From: Styela clava
Lineage: Eukaryota
Length of the DNA: 64,000 nt
Assembly (NCBI RefSeq): GCF_964204865.1
Contig: NC_135254.1
Coordinates: 14,446,001-14,510,000, forward strand
Direction: 5' to 3'
Every line of letters starts with the position of its first letter. The stretch's first letter is position 1. The translations under genes were made by a program, and so were the position numbers. Shown here one piece after another: positions 39,294-52,200 of the stretch. The notes beneath the pieces are model-generated. The model did no database searches and was not told the origin of the DNA. It was given only the letters and a program-made list of their open reading frames with translations.

Positions 39294-41424
39294 TATAATA
39301 TTTTTATATTCCAACTGAAAGTTATCAACTAAAAATAAAATGATACAATAGTTCCATCATAACATGAACTAAATGGGGTATAGGAATACAGAATAACTAA
39401 CCAGATGGCATGGCTGATGTAAACAATGAAAATTTACAAGTTTAAGTGTCTAATTACAAGTCTAATTTTACAAGATCACACCATATGAATTAAGATGGCA
39501 TGAACTTCTTTATAATGCCTATACTAGTTATATAAAAGGAGGTAAATTTCACGGTCATATTTTAGAAAACATTATTTCGTTCGTTACCCTGAGTCCCTGG
39601 GAGAATGACAAATGTTATGTGTTCGTTCACACTCTAGTTTACTGCATGTCACAAGGTGTGTTTACATTTTATTTACTGCATTGCTAAGGGGTAATTACAA
39701 CTCAGGGTAACAAGGGAATGAGGGTCAAATTTTATCATAATTGTTTAAAATGCAACAGAGAAAATATTAATCACTGATATTTGATTAGTGATTTTATGAT
39801 TAAACTGGCAATGAACAGCTAGAGTGGAGTCTAATACCAATAAGTTTAGGATATAAATCTCTAAGTAATTAGAATTGACCATATAACCAACATTGCACTT
39901 TGATCACTATCCTACTAATTTTCAGAAGCAGAGAATATGCAAAATAATATAGACAAATATTCTGCTATACAAAGTTGATTTTGTGCTGAGAGTTGCCACA
40001 TTTTACCAGACAATATGCCAATTTCGGGTGGATTCAAAAGAGAGAGAGAGTTTATTTCATTTTGTCAAACCAAGAAAACAATTTATGCACACATAAACAA
40101 ATACCAAAAAAATAGTTTTCGGTATATGACTGGAGGGCAACAATCTGACCTTTGGGGGTCATCAGAGTCAGTTGCCACCCAATTATATTAAATAAGCAAA
40201 AAAACAACTGAAGATGAACAATAAATTTACAAACTGTAGGCCTATATCTCTTTGTGTTAGGAAAAATTATTTATGAAAAAATATGGCAACTCTCTATGAC
40301 TAAAAAATCAGAATATTTTTTTTTAAATGTCTGAAATTTCAAGATTTTATCAGTTTATACTAAGGATGCCGTATTTTACCACTGAGAGTAAAATATTTCT
40401 AAATGTATTGGATAAAATGATCGACTTATATTATTGTTCCTTGCAATACAGCAATATGAAAATGCAAATGAAATGGAACTCAAATCGATATGAAATAGTA
40501 AAATTAATAGATAATCAAATTACTTGAAACGTTGCCTATAAATTGCCTGGTTTTAGGGAGACCCTATGAGTTTTTTTTAAATAAATCATCCAAATTGAGG
40601 TTTTGAGGAGGAGCAAAAAAAACACATTTTTAACATATCTAAGAATATTATAGTTTATAAGAGCATTTGTTAAAACTATTTAATGATAGCATTGAGCTAT
40701 TGAGTTGTTCAATACAATTCATGTCAATCTTAAAATATTCTATGAAGACTGATTTTTTTCTTTTACTTCAAGATTGTGCTAAATTTGATTGGTGATCATT
40801 GATATGTGAGTTTGTGTATTTGAACCAAATGTTGGGACATCAGAGAACTGCGCCCTACTGTTAGAGAGTCAAATGTTAATCATACATATATATTTATGGT
40901 GGGATTTCCGGCATTACTAATTTATGTACGGTAGTTGAGAGGCTAATAACATTGTAAGTATAATTTTATTGAGACTCCATACTGCCATAACCAGCATCAC
41001 AGACCTTAAATTAATAAAAACATGCAAAAAAAAAAACTGATTACAAAATCAGTAGAGCAAACAAAACCTTGAGCGAGGTTTAAAAGGTAGGCTACATAAT
41101 TCAAATAAACAATCTGTTGCCTAAAAGTGGTCGGTGTTCACTCATCTAGTATTTACCACCAAAGTCAATGCACACAATCAACGTCATTTCAGCATGTCAT
41201 GACTGCATGAGGTACAGTGTCAGAGTGACTCAACTCACCTGACTGATCCAGCCTGACTCAACCAAAAATGGAAGTGTGGGCTACAGGCTACAGCAACGAT
41301 GGCATGAAAATATACTTTATATCGGTTCACCAGAAAACTTATGTAATATATGAATATTATGTTGAAACTGCCACAAGATTTCTCATTCCTACATTCGCTA
41401 CCGCTGTAATTGAACATCCTTTGC

Positions 41425-41657
41425 ACCAAAGTTACCCCAGCCCACACTCGCTCAGCCTGACGTCAAGGGGTTAACCAACTATTTTACCACTTTATAAACG
41501 TTAATACAAAAAAACTTGGTGGCTATGACAATATAGAGACCATATGTGATATACACAACGCAAATGCAATACCAAGCCCGGCCCAGTTACCCCTAGTATG
41601 GCCTGTCAAAAACGAGTGTGGGATAGCGTCTCGAGTGTGGGCTGGGGTATTTTTGGT
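41425..41657. mobile_element. MITE with ACC..GGT termini and 8-bp TSD
   Basis: 26-bp TIR ACCAAAGTTACCCCAGCCCACACTCG (24/26); TSD TCCTTTGC at 41417-41424 and 41658-41665. Confidence 0.85.
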
Positions 41658-43271
41658 TCCTTTGCGACCCTCACAGCCTTATGAATAATTCGAGTTCAAA
41701 ACATGACACACTATAACTAACTCGCTCACGGAGTATTGAACATAAAAGTTTACCAAACACTACTGTACTCTACATTAAAATACATTATCCTAAAATATCT
41801 TCACCAGGAAGCAAAACCATAATGCATGCCAGCCATGCCGACGCAAACGCCTGCGAGACGCGACACGCACGTGATACTTATTAGCATATTATGCATTTTG
41901 AATTCATGATAAGTGGCGTGATGCTGTTTGTACGCCTACACACAGTGTTTGCATTCTAAAATAATTCAAAGATTGATATTTGACTAAATTCAACTGTTTC
42001 ATTAATCCGTAACAGGATTTACCAATTTATGAGTTATTTTTTTACTTTGCGTGCGTTCATGAATAACTATACGCACTCGTGATATTTCAATGAGTGCGGG
42101 GGAAATACATCATTTGTTCATCGTGAAGCCAGAGTTCTGATATTAGTGTTCTATAGCAAAATTTACTTGTATATCCAGAAATTTAAATAAAAATATGACG
42201 TGTCTTTTTCAGATGATTGACACGCGTGCAACATGATTGGTGATTTGCCAAACCTATGAGCATATATACATATACATATGCTCATTGGCCAAACGTATCG
42301 ATGCCGCATATACGGTACTGGTGCCATTATAGACGATGCCCTGTTGTTCGAACGATTTGCCGCAACAAGACATATGCATAATCTTGTTCGTTTTATTCCA
42401 TGACAACCACACCACAAATGCGAAGGAATGTAGGGTTTTCCCATCCGCATACATTATTATGCATTGTAAATTTATGGCGGTGCTCAATCCAGTTTATTTA
42501 GAGGTGCACCGATATTTCGCCGAAGATTTTCTGTGCAATTACAGCCCCCCGCTATACCTTCTTCATTTAGATCTAACATAGATGATATTAAATATTCTTA
42601 TTGAAAAAATCAAGATCCATCAAATTACTGCAATTCATATTTTGACAGGAATGGTCCCAGCAGAAGATTATCACAAGAAAATACTATTCTTGTCAATTCC
42701 CATCTTTTAGCGATACAATCAGGCGTTTACCATTAAAACAATTGCGACGACCAATATTTCCGAGTGAAAAAGCTGTGCGAAGCTGCAGCTTTATTTCCTT
42801 TCAATCTCACAACCTTTTACTAGCTGAGGCACCAACATCAACTTGTGAGCATCTCACACTATTAGGCAAAATTAATATATTTAAATCAATCAAACAATAT
42901 AAACAAATATTAAACGGTGAAACTCTTGACTAGATCTATTGCATTTTCACTGAATTCCAAATAGAAAACTATACCATATTCACACTCGAAAAATATCGGA
43001 AATATATAACCCATAGAGGCGGGAACTAAGGTTGGGTACTGAAAGTAAATAGGTATGGATTATCTCCACTAACACGCCACATTTTAATCTTTTGAGAATG
43101 CAAAATGAAAATAAATTATTCGATGTAACAGTAATTACAGTATATCAGCTGAGGTTAATCCTGGTCTTGATATGAAACTCTTGGGTCTATGAGATAATAC
43201 AGTTATCGATATCCAACTTGATATATAAATTAAATGTGTTGGTCTCCATACAATAAATTTGGGAAACTTTA

Positions 43272-46200
43272 TTACAGCTTCGACAATTCCCCCTGATTGT
43301 CACCCACATTGTATTCCACCCAGTCTTGTGCGATTGGGGCAGAAAGCATTTCATCACTTAATTTGAATGATGAACAGAGATGAAGAGCATCAGGTGCAAG
43401 ATCTCGACATGCTTCAGCTGCAACTTCATTTACCTGAGTATAGAAAGTTAATTTTACCGTATATTATAACCATTTAATTCTGCAATCCCTAATGTTTTAA
43501 GTATGTCAAACACATGAGTGATAGGATAGGAAATACATATTATCTCAGAGGATATGAAAACTGATAAAATTGCTTAATCATATGCTGAAGCACGGACTCC
43601 CTATTACCAGACCATGTCTGGTATGGGATTAGTTAGCCATTTATTTGTTTGAGATACATGAACTTGATGGTGGAGGAAGCCGTAACCGATCACAGGTTAT
43701 ATGAACCACCCTATGGCGGTGAGGAGTCCAGAAACCACCGCAGGATGATCAGAGGTGCAATGTGAAGCATATTCCTAATGTTTAGCACGACACGCCACAC
43801 CGCCAAGCCTGCTGTCACCATGTCAGGTATGGTATAATTACGCAATTCAATTGTTTCCATGCATAGTTATGATAAGTAAAAAAAAGTCATCTTTTTAATT
43901 TGTTACTCGAACCTTAAAGATTTTGCAGGTCCGAATGTAGTCAGAGTTGTTTATCTGAAATAGCCCACTTTTAAAAGATGGTTGAAAGTACGATATAAGA
44001 TACTTTACCTGCTTTGCTATTGAAGGCGTGATGACCTCATTTGCCGCAAACCATCCAAGATCACGTTGAATAGTATCAATCAAAAATAAGTGATATAATT
44101 TTGATAAGATGGTTTTGAGTGATGAATGAGTATCTGGAGAATCAATTGTAAACTTCACCCTTTCGCTAATCAACCTTTCTCCATAAGATCTTGCAGCATT
44201 CTGGATGAAAAACAGATTCAATAAGTAATCATTTGAGTAAAATATTCAAAAGCAGAGCGCAACTTAATCATATGGCGAACCACCGCCTCTTGTCCGGTTA
44301 CCACTCGTATGGGATTAGTTAGCCAGATATTTTGTTTCCAGATGCATGAGCTTGATGTTGGAGGAAGGCGCAACCGACCAGCGGCTACATGAACCACCCT
44401 ACGACGGTGAGGATAGGAAAATAGTCATTCAATTATCTTTTACAGTCTAAAAAATACAGTAAACAAACTTAGTACCTGCACAAGATCGCTCTCTTGTAAC
44501 ATCCATGTATCGAAGATTTTGTCCATTCCTCCTTTCATTAATTTCACTCCAAGTTCAGAGAACTGAGAAGTCTCCCTTAGTTGGAGTAAATAATGAAGAT
44601 AAGCCGGGCTCTTCAAATCTGAAATAGAAACAAAGGAATAGTATGAATTTTTTAAAATATACAAATTAATTCAAGCAATTACAAAAGGCAATTTGACAGC
44701 TTATAAATTTGGAATATTGATAACCTATTTTAAATAAAGCATAATAAAATGATAGCAGCACTTCTTGTTTAAATATATAATCTTTATAAATATTGTTACC
44801 TGCTTCAACTGGTTCAAGTTTTTCAGGATTGAAAAGGTTTAATCTCTCTTTGGCAACTTTCTAAATGGTAAAGGCAAATTTGAGTCGCAATTAATCGAAA
44901 ACCCGCATCAATTTTACCATCTTATGGCTATGCTTCATATGCCAGACATTTCAAAGTCTCTACTCTATTAATCAACATCTGTTATGTTTAGGTTACACAT
45001 AAATATAACAAGAAAAATTAACCTGCATGAGAACGCTGTTGTCTCCTTCCGCAGTTATGGAAGCATGACTCGATCCAATAAATGTACCGAATCTGTTAAC
45101 ACTGAGGTAGCCCTGAGAAAGGAAAATATTTGTAATAGAAGTAAATGTATTATATTCAATCATTATCTATTACATGGTGGACAAGGGATTTGAATCAGAG
45201 AATTTTAAGTTGCCATGAAAACATAGCAGAGCTTTAATGCTTTAACCCAGGGGTGAATCACTTTCCAGGGTAGGTTCCAGATAACAGACCTTCTTACTGG
45301 GGTGGAGGGTCAATATTAAACTATGATTAAAAACAGTTTACGGTTTACAAAAACTAGCGTAACAGTTATGTACAACAAACATCTATTGTACCACCAAGTT
45401 GCACAATGATTAACAGGACCTCTGTATCCAGCTGCATGCGTCCAAGCAGCTTTTTTAAATCAGGCTTGAAGCTGCTTGTGCTGATTCGTTACACCGCTCA
45501 TAGGTTTGAAAACACTAGAGGAGATCTGTTTTTGCTTTTATTAATCTTCATACTTCGAAATAATAATTCAGAGATGGGTGAATTTGAGATCGCTCCTTAT
45601 GCACAATATATTCAGGTGCGAATAATGATAAGGAATTATGGTATTTATTTTAGCCGACGATTCGTTATTTCAATCGGTATTTTTAACGAAAATTTATATC
45701 CCTAAAAACCGTGTCATAATTTCAGCACGTACAAGTGGGCCAGATAAAATACTTTGGTGGACGTTATTGATCCCGCTGAAATTCTCTTAAACGTCATATT
45801 AGATTCATTCTCCAGTCTATTTTACTAGGATTTACCTGACCACCACATCTCTCTCTTGCTACAGCAGCCATTTCCACAGCATGCCATCCGATGATTGCTT
45901 TGAGAGCACAGCATAAAGTCACAACATTGAGATGGCCGGTTTTATCAGTCGGTCTCTTGGCCCATTCTTCTTTGACATAATCAAGAGCAAGATTCATGGC
46001 GATTGTTCGAGCCATGAAAGGCATAAGTGATCGTTGTTGCAACTAAAATATATGACTAGGTTAGAATGGTGCTAGGTTGGAATGGTAGTAAATGGTGTTA
46101 AATAAGGATATATTATAAAACAAAGCCAATATAATTATCATACAAAGACTACTCAATGTAGCTCATCCTCCACAGTATATACAGGGTGTCTCAAAAGTAA

Positions 46201-49200
46201 GTATACACTATATTAATTTTGATTTTCTTTTTAAATACTCATGATAGAGCGATCATTTATTCAGAAAACATAGTACGAATGAGTAGTAAAATTTGGGTAT
46301 TGTTTGCATTTTTCAACACCCACAGAATGACAAGGAGATTAACCCAAAAAATGAGGTGCAAAATTGCTGCTTGGCAATTTGGAATTAATTCGGCTCCTAC
46401 ACAACAAATAATTTATGTAATTCATTTTAAATTCATAGAAACTGGATCTGTAGTTGATGCAGAAAGATCAGGAAGACCAAGGAGCGGGCACTCTGAGGAA
46501 AACATTCAGAGCCGAATTAATTCCGAATTCTCTGTTAAAAAGAGTCACTGAGTTTGCCATACTGATTTATATGCTTCCTGCCAAACAGCAATTTTGCACC
46601 TTATTTCTTGGGTAATCTCCTTGTCATTCTGTGGGTCAATCAAAAATGCAAACAATACCTAAATTTTACTTCTTATTCATACTTTGTTTCATGAATAAAT
46701 GAAAGCTCTATGATGGGTACCTGAAAAGAAAATCAATATTAAAAGTGTATACTTACTTTTGAGACACCATGTATAATAAAAAAGGCAATTATCAGTGGCA
46801 AATCTGCAATAAGCGATTTGATTTGTTGGAAAAAATTATCCAAACCGACTTGGACACGAAATTCATTCTCAGTATAATTCATTTTGGAAAAAAGCTGTTC
46901 ACTGCAATATGTTCTTCCAAACATTCACATTACACATTTTGCATTGTCATGCAGATGAGTATACGAGTATAGGTGGATTTCTAGACATATTCATTATAAA
47001 GTTGCCAATCAGAACTGCACAATATATGGCAGACTTTTCTATGTTACCCAAACATTTTCATGTCAAATTTTGAAAATCAAAATTAACTAAACAGATAATT
47101 ATACCAACGCCAGGCACATTTGGCAAGTATACGACATGCAACTGACATGCCCTTTCTCTCCTGCTACTTACTCCATTGTTATGACATAAAATGTGTGCAG
47201 ATAATAATTAATGTATGAGCAATTTTGTGTTATTATGCATAAAGCATAAAAGTGGGGTCTCACAAAAAGTGAGGGCAACAAAAATTTTGTTTGCAGGCCG
47301 CAATTGGCCCGTGCCACCGCAATCAAGAACTAACCTGATACTGCAGAATTGCCATGTCAGATTTGCCTTGAGGACCAACAGTCATTCGAGTAGCTGCATA
47401 CCGCATTGATATGGAAAGACCAGCTTTTGCACAACCGATTGCCATTGAAGCAATACAAATACGTCCGGATAATAATTGGTCAGCAACAGTGAGGAATCTC
47501 CCACGATTACTTTTAATTGAGGTAGTAAATGTCCCGTCCTCTGCTACATCCGAATACCTGTAGTAGTGTAGAAGGATAGTAATTTTACATTTATATATTG
47601 AAAGCTGTTAAGATGGGCTAAACTTATAGAGAACTACAGCCTCTTGTCCAGTTACCTGTCCATCTTAGGTACTTGATTAGTCAATCAGTTTTTGGTTCAG
47701 ATGCATGGAATTAATGTTGAAGGATGCCATAACTGACCAGCAGTTACATTACCACTATGGTATGAGCCCAGCAATCTTCTTGTACATACCCCTCCTCAAT
47801 AGAGGTGCGATTGATTGCAAGCATACTTCTTATGCTTAGCATGATGAGAGAAACTAAGACAAGAAATACAAATTCCAAAAATGACTTTACAATAATTTGT
47901 TCTGAATTTCCTGAAATTGAATAAATGGGATTTTACCTTTATTATATAACATGTAAAAACAATATTATTAAACGTACATGGTAGATAGGGCTGTCCAAGC
48001 GAACCAAATATTCGAAATCGAATCGAATCGCAAATTATTCGAATCGTTTTTCGGCTAATTTCCGAATCACTAAAATTAGGTACAAAAAGCGGAAACCACC
48101 CTTGCAGGACGTTTTTCATCGGACAAGGGGCGGCGCTTCGAGCTTAGACCACTCTCGCTCCCGGCTTAATTGGTTTCCCAATATTTCTCTGCCTTCATTT
48201 TGTGATAAACATGTTATTCCTAATGCCTACCCGGTGGCACATGATCAGCCATTTCATGCATGGTCATCATAACTTAAAAGTTAGAATCGGTAATGACGTT
48301 TTTAAGAGAGTACACCATTTCATGCATGGTCATAATAACTTAAGAGTTATAATCTGTAATGACGTTTTTGAGAGAGTACACAAGGAGAAAAAAGGGCAAA
48401 TTAGAAAACGATAGTTCTATAAATAGAATCGATTTGAAGCTGTTGAGTTAGTTATCATAAGAACATGGTACAGGCAACTCAAAGCTGAAACAGGTGTTTT
48501 GGGATCCTTATGATGGCAATACCTTCTTTCAATGGAATATGTAATTTTTTATGATGGCAACACTGTATTATCCATCTATATACCAAGACAAATAATTGCA
48601 CTCTTGAATTTTGATTGCATATTATAGTCATCAAACTAGCTTCGAATTTGTTAAATGCAATTTTGAATTTGAGCAACAGTTTTATCTATATTAATGGTTG
48701 TTATTATTTTGCTGAAAATTACACAAAAAACATGAGACTAGTGAATAGGATTAGAATAGCATTTACAGGCTTTACATGTCCTATTAACACTGAATCCATT
48801 AGAATTGAGATTGCAATTTTTGAATTGTTTTGCAATTTTTACTCTTAACACTCAACAGTTTGAGACCCAAATTTTGGAGTCCTCCACTTTTTTTTGACCA
48901 GTTCATGCAAGCGTTTGATCACCTTTCATCTGAAATCATTGTATTGCAAAATACCAGCAGTAAGTAAGATGTAACTGCACATATGTTACCATAACATTGA
49001 AGGGTAGGCGGTTATTGTATAATAGAGACAGATTCAGGATTGCGCAACAATATTCGATTATTCGGTTCGATTCGGCAAAAATATTCGATTCGAATCAAAA
49101 AATTATTCGATTTTGGACAGCCCTAAATTGGTAGACAACCCAGACTTATTTTTGAGGTTGATATCGGAATGAATAACATGAACATAATTTTGCTAAAAAA

Positions 49201-52200
49201 TAAAATAAAATATATTTCCTACTTGTTTAGCAAATTTTCTCTTGGAACTCGTACTTTGTCGAAGGATAATTTGGCATTATCAACCCCATTTAATCCCATC
49301 TTGTGGCCCATGTCTTCAACTATGACCCCTGGCATCACTTTCATGTCATTGTCACGAATTCGCACCAAGAAGCCATGTATTCCATGATGGGTGCCATCCA
49401 CAGAAAGCTGATAGAAATGAAACGTAACAATGTGAAATGACACAAAGCTGAGAAGTTACACGCTCTGAGACAAGGGTTTTCAATCTGGCTAAATTGAAAT
49501 CTGGGGTCAAATTTCATCTGCCTCGGGGGTAAATTTTGCAGGCCAGAAAAATCACTTTTTGTTTTTATACAATAAAGCTATACATTTCTCTTCATAAGAT
49601 AACTAAATTTTGCTGAGTCATTAAGGCACGGCAATGTGGCTCATCGTGCTTAGCTTTAGGAATACGCTCGGCACCGCACCTCTGATTACTCTGCGTGGGT
49701 TCGCAGGTTCGAATCCCATGCAGGGATAGTTATGTGCGAGAGGATTGCTGGACTCCTCGCCACTGTAGGGTGGTTCACGTAACGCTGGTCGGTTACGGCT
49801 TCCTCCACCATGTCCATGCGCCTGGGAACGAATAACTAACTGATAACTGACTAATAACACCCGACATGGAATGGTAACCGGATGAGAGGCTGTGGTTCGC
49901 CATATGGTTAAACCGCCTTATCGACTTTTCTCTCCCTGGGATAATTATATATTCTTATCGTGCATCAATTCTTATATAGTATTTCTATAAGGTAAAGTAT
50001 TTAAGGGAATTTAAACTTTTGAAAAATTTGAATCATTAAACGCTCTGTTCAGGCAGTCTTAATTATTTTTTATTGTAAATAACAATATTATTATCTAATC
50101 TCGTCTTAATAATGCATAATGTATCACTTATTGTATTGTATTACTGTAATCAGTATTCTCTGAAGAATGTGAGTTAATACAAGATAAAAAAGATCATCTA
50201 TGCCCATAATGTCTTTTTTGGGAAAATAATTCAAGGAGCACTAGACTAGATAGAGTCCAGCTAGATTCCTTATAATCATATTCCCTCCCTACTTGAGACT
50301 TCTTTTTCAAAATGTTAGTGCAAGTGAAATATCATTGGCAAAATATCACTGAACCTAATATTGAAAAGCACTGTTTCAAACATGACGGGACCATTGTTTG
50401 AATAAAGACAACAGCCAAACCCTTAATCACACAACTCTTAATGTTAATAATCAAGGCGAGCTTACCTGTGCAAATACAATAATGTGTTTGGCATGAATAG
50501 CACCGTTAGTAATCCAATATTTCTGAGCTAGTGTTGTTGGTGTATTAATTATGAATTCTTGCGTTGCCTGAAAGTGAAAAACGGACAGAAATAATGATTT
50601 AGCAATCGAAATAATGCATCACGATACACGAAGATTGCTTTTCATATTAGGACATTTTTAAGAAAGACAAATTTTGCACAAAACAGCAAAACCGAACTTG
50701 ACATAATATATTGAAGCAAGAAAACTGAATGTGTTATATACGTTTACTGAAAAAATTATAACAAAAATATGTCTTTCAGCGTATATTATTGGGTTTTTCT
50801 AAATTTGAAGATGGCATTTGATACATTCTGTTGCAAACCTTAACAATCTTTAAAAACGTCTATTACACTGGATTTGCTATCAATTTGTAACTAGCCAAAT
50901 TTTGTTGAAATTTCGGTACTCCCGTAGTATGTGCACCAGGTTAGGCCATAATTTTATTCCGATTCTCCTTATTTTAGTTCTATACCAGTTCGGGGACTGT
51001 CTGTGTTAGCCAAGTGAATATCCCTATCCCCCCTGCCCATAGGTTTCAGTCCCTTTACACAACTTGATGTAAAGTAGGCAAACAAAATTAGTTACCTCCA
51101 TATTGGTACGCATACCGTACTTCTGGAGCGCCAACATTTTTATATCGAATAATAAACTGCCATTACACTTTTAATATTTTAGGTTTCAGAACATTAATTG
51201 GCAGTTTACGATTTCTGATCAGTTGACCAAATTCTTTTTCGATTTTAAGTTCCTGCCCTGATCAACAAATACCACATATGCCTCAAAATTATGCCAAATT
51301 ATGATTTCATACGTGAATAAGGGTACTAAAAAGTGTAACTTAGATCTCTAATAAAATAACTACTAGGTTTATATATGGCAGCCACTATTTGAAAATCCTA
51401 TTTGTTTTTCTGATACAAATTTACCTTGTCATATACTGCAGTTGTTTCCATCTCCACTGCGTTATTTCCGTAACCAAGTTCTGTCAGTCCAAAACATCCA
51501 ATGTCATGAAGGCTATCAATACCTGAACAAAACAAAAATTGATTTTAACAACCCTAACTTGCAGAGAGATGTGTTAATGGGAATATAAAAGAACAACATG
51601 TTGTTCTCACTGTTTTCCACTTCTCATTCCTTTTTTCACTACCTATCTTCAGAGCCATGATCCACGACAAGAAAAGGCACTAAATCATAAAAATTTCTCA
51701 ACACGTTTTATCCCGCTAACGTTCTGACTTGAACTGTCGCTTGTTAAATTGTCGAGAGCCAGCTGAGAAGCACAGCTCTTCATTTCACTTGGCCGTGTGC
51801 TCGGCTCAGGTGTTCAAGCTCCAAATTTCCATTCCACAGAATTTTTGACTCAAATTTTTTGGTTGACCACTGAATTGTTCAAATCCTTCGACTACGGAGG
51901 TATAGGTAATAATATATTCAGATTTGAAGTATTGATGCTTACCTTTGATAAGCATGTCATGATGTCGTTTTGTTCCAAGCATTACTATAGTTCCTCCAAA
52001 CAAATTAAACTGCACTGTCATTTTTGTTGCCATTGCAGGATCTATGATAGCTGCAATCTCATGAGCTGCAAAAATTCTTAGTGGATTATGCCAGAAGTCA
52101 GTGACAGATATGAAACCAGCCTGTAAAACAGTAAAGATGAATAAAATTTGTCAGTATTATTTATGATGCTTTTCAAGCATAATTCAGACAATCAATTCAA

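Noticed and set aside
49625-49725. tRNA gene
   Set aside because: A and B boxes are present, but there is no cloverleaf and the sequence continues into a dispersed SINE body.
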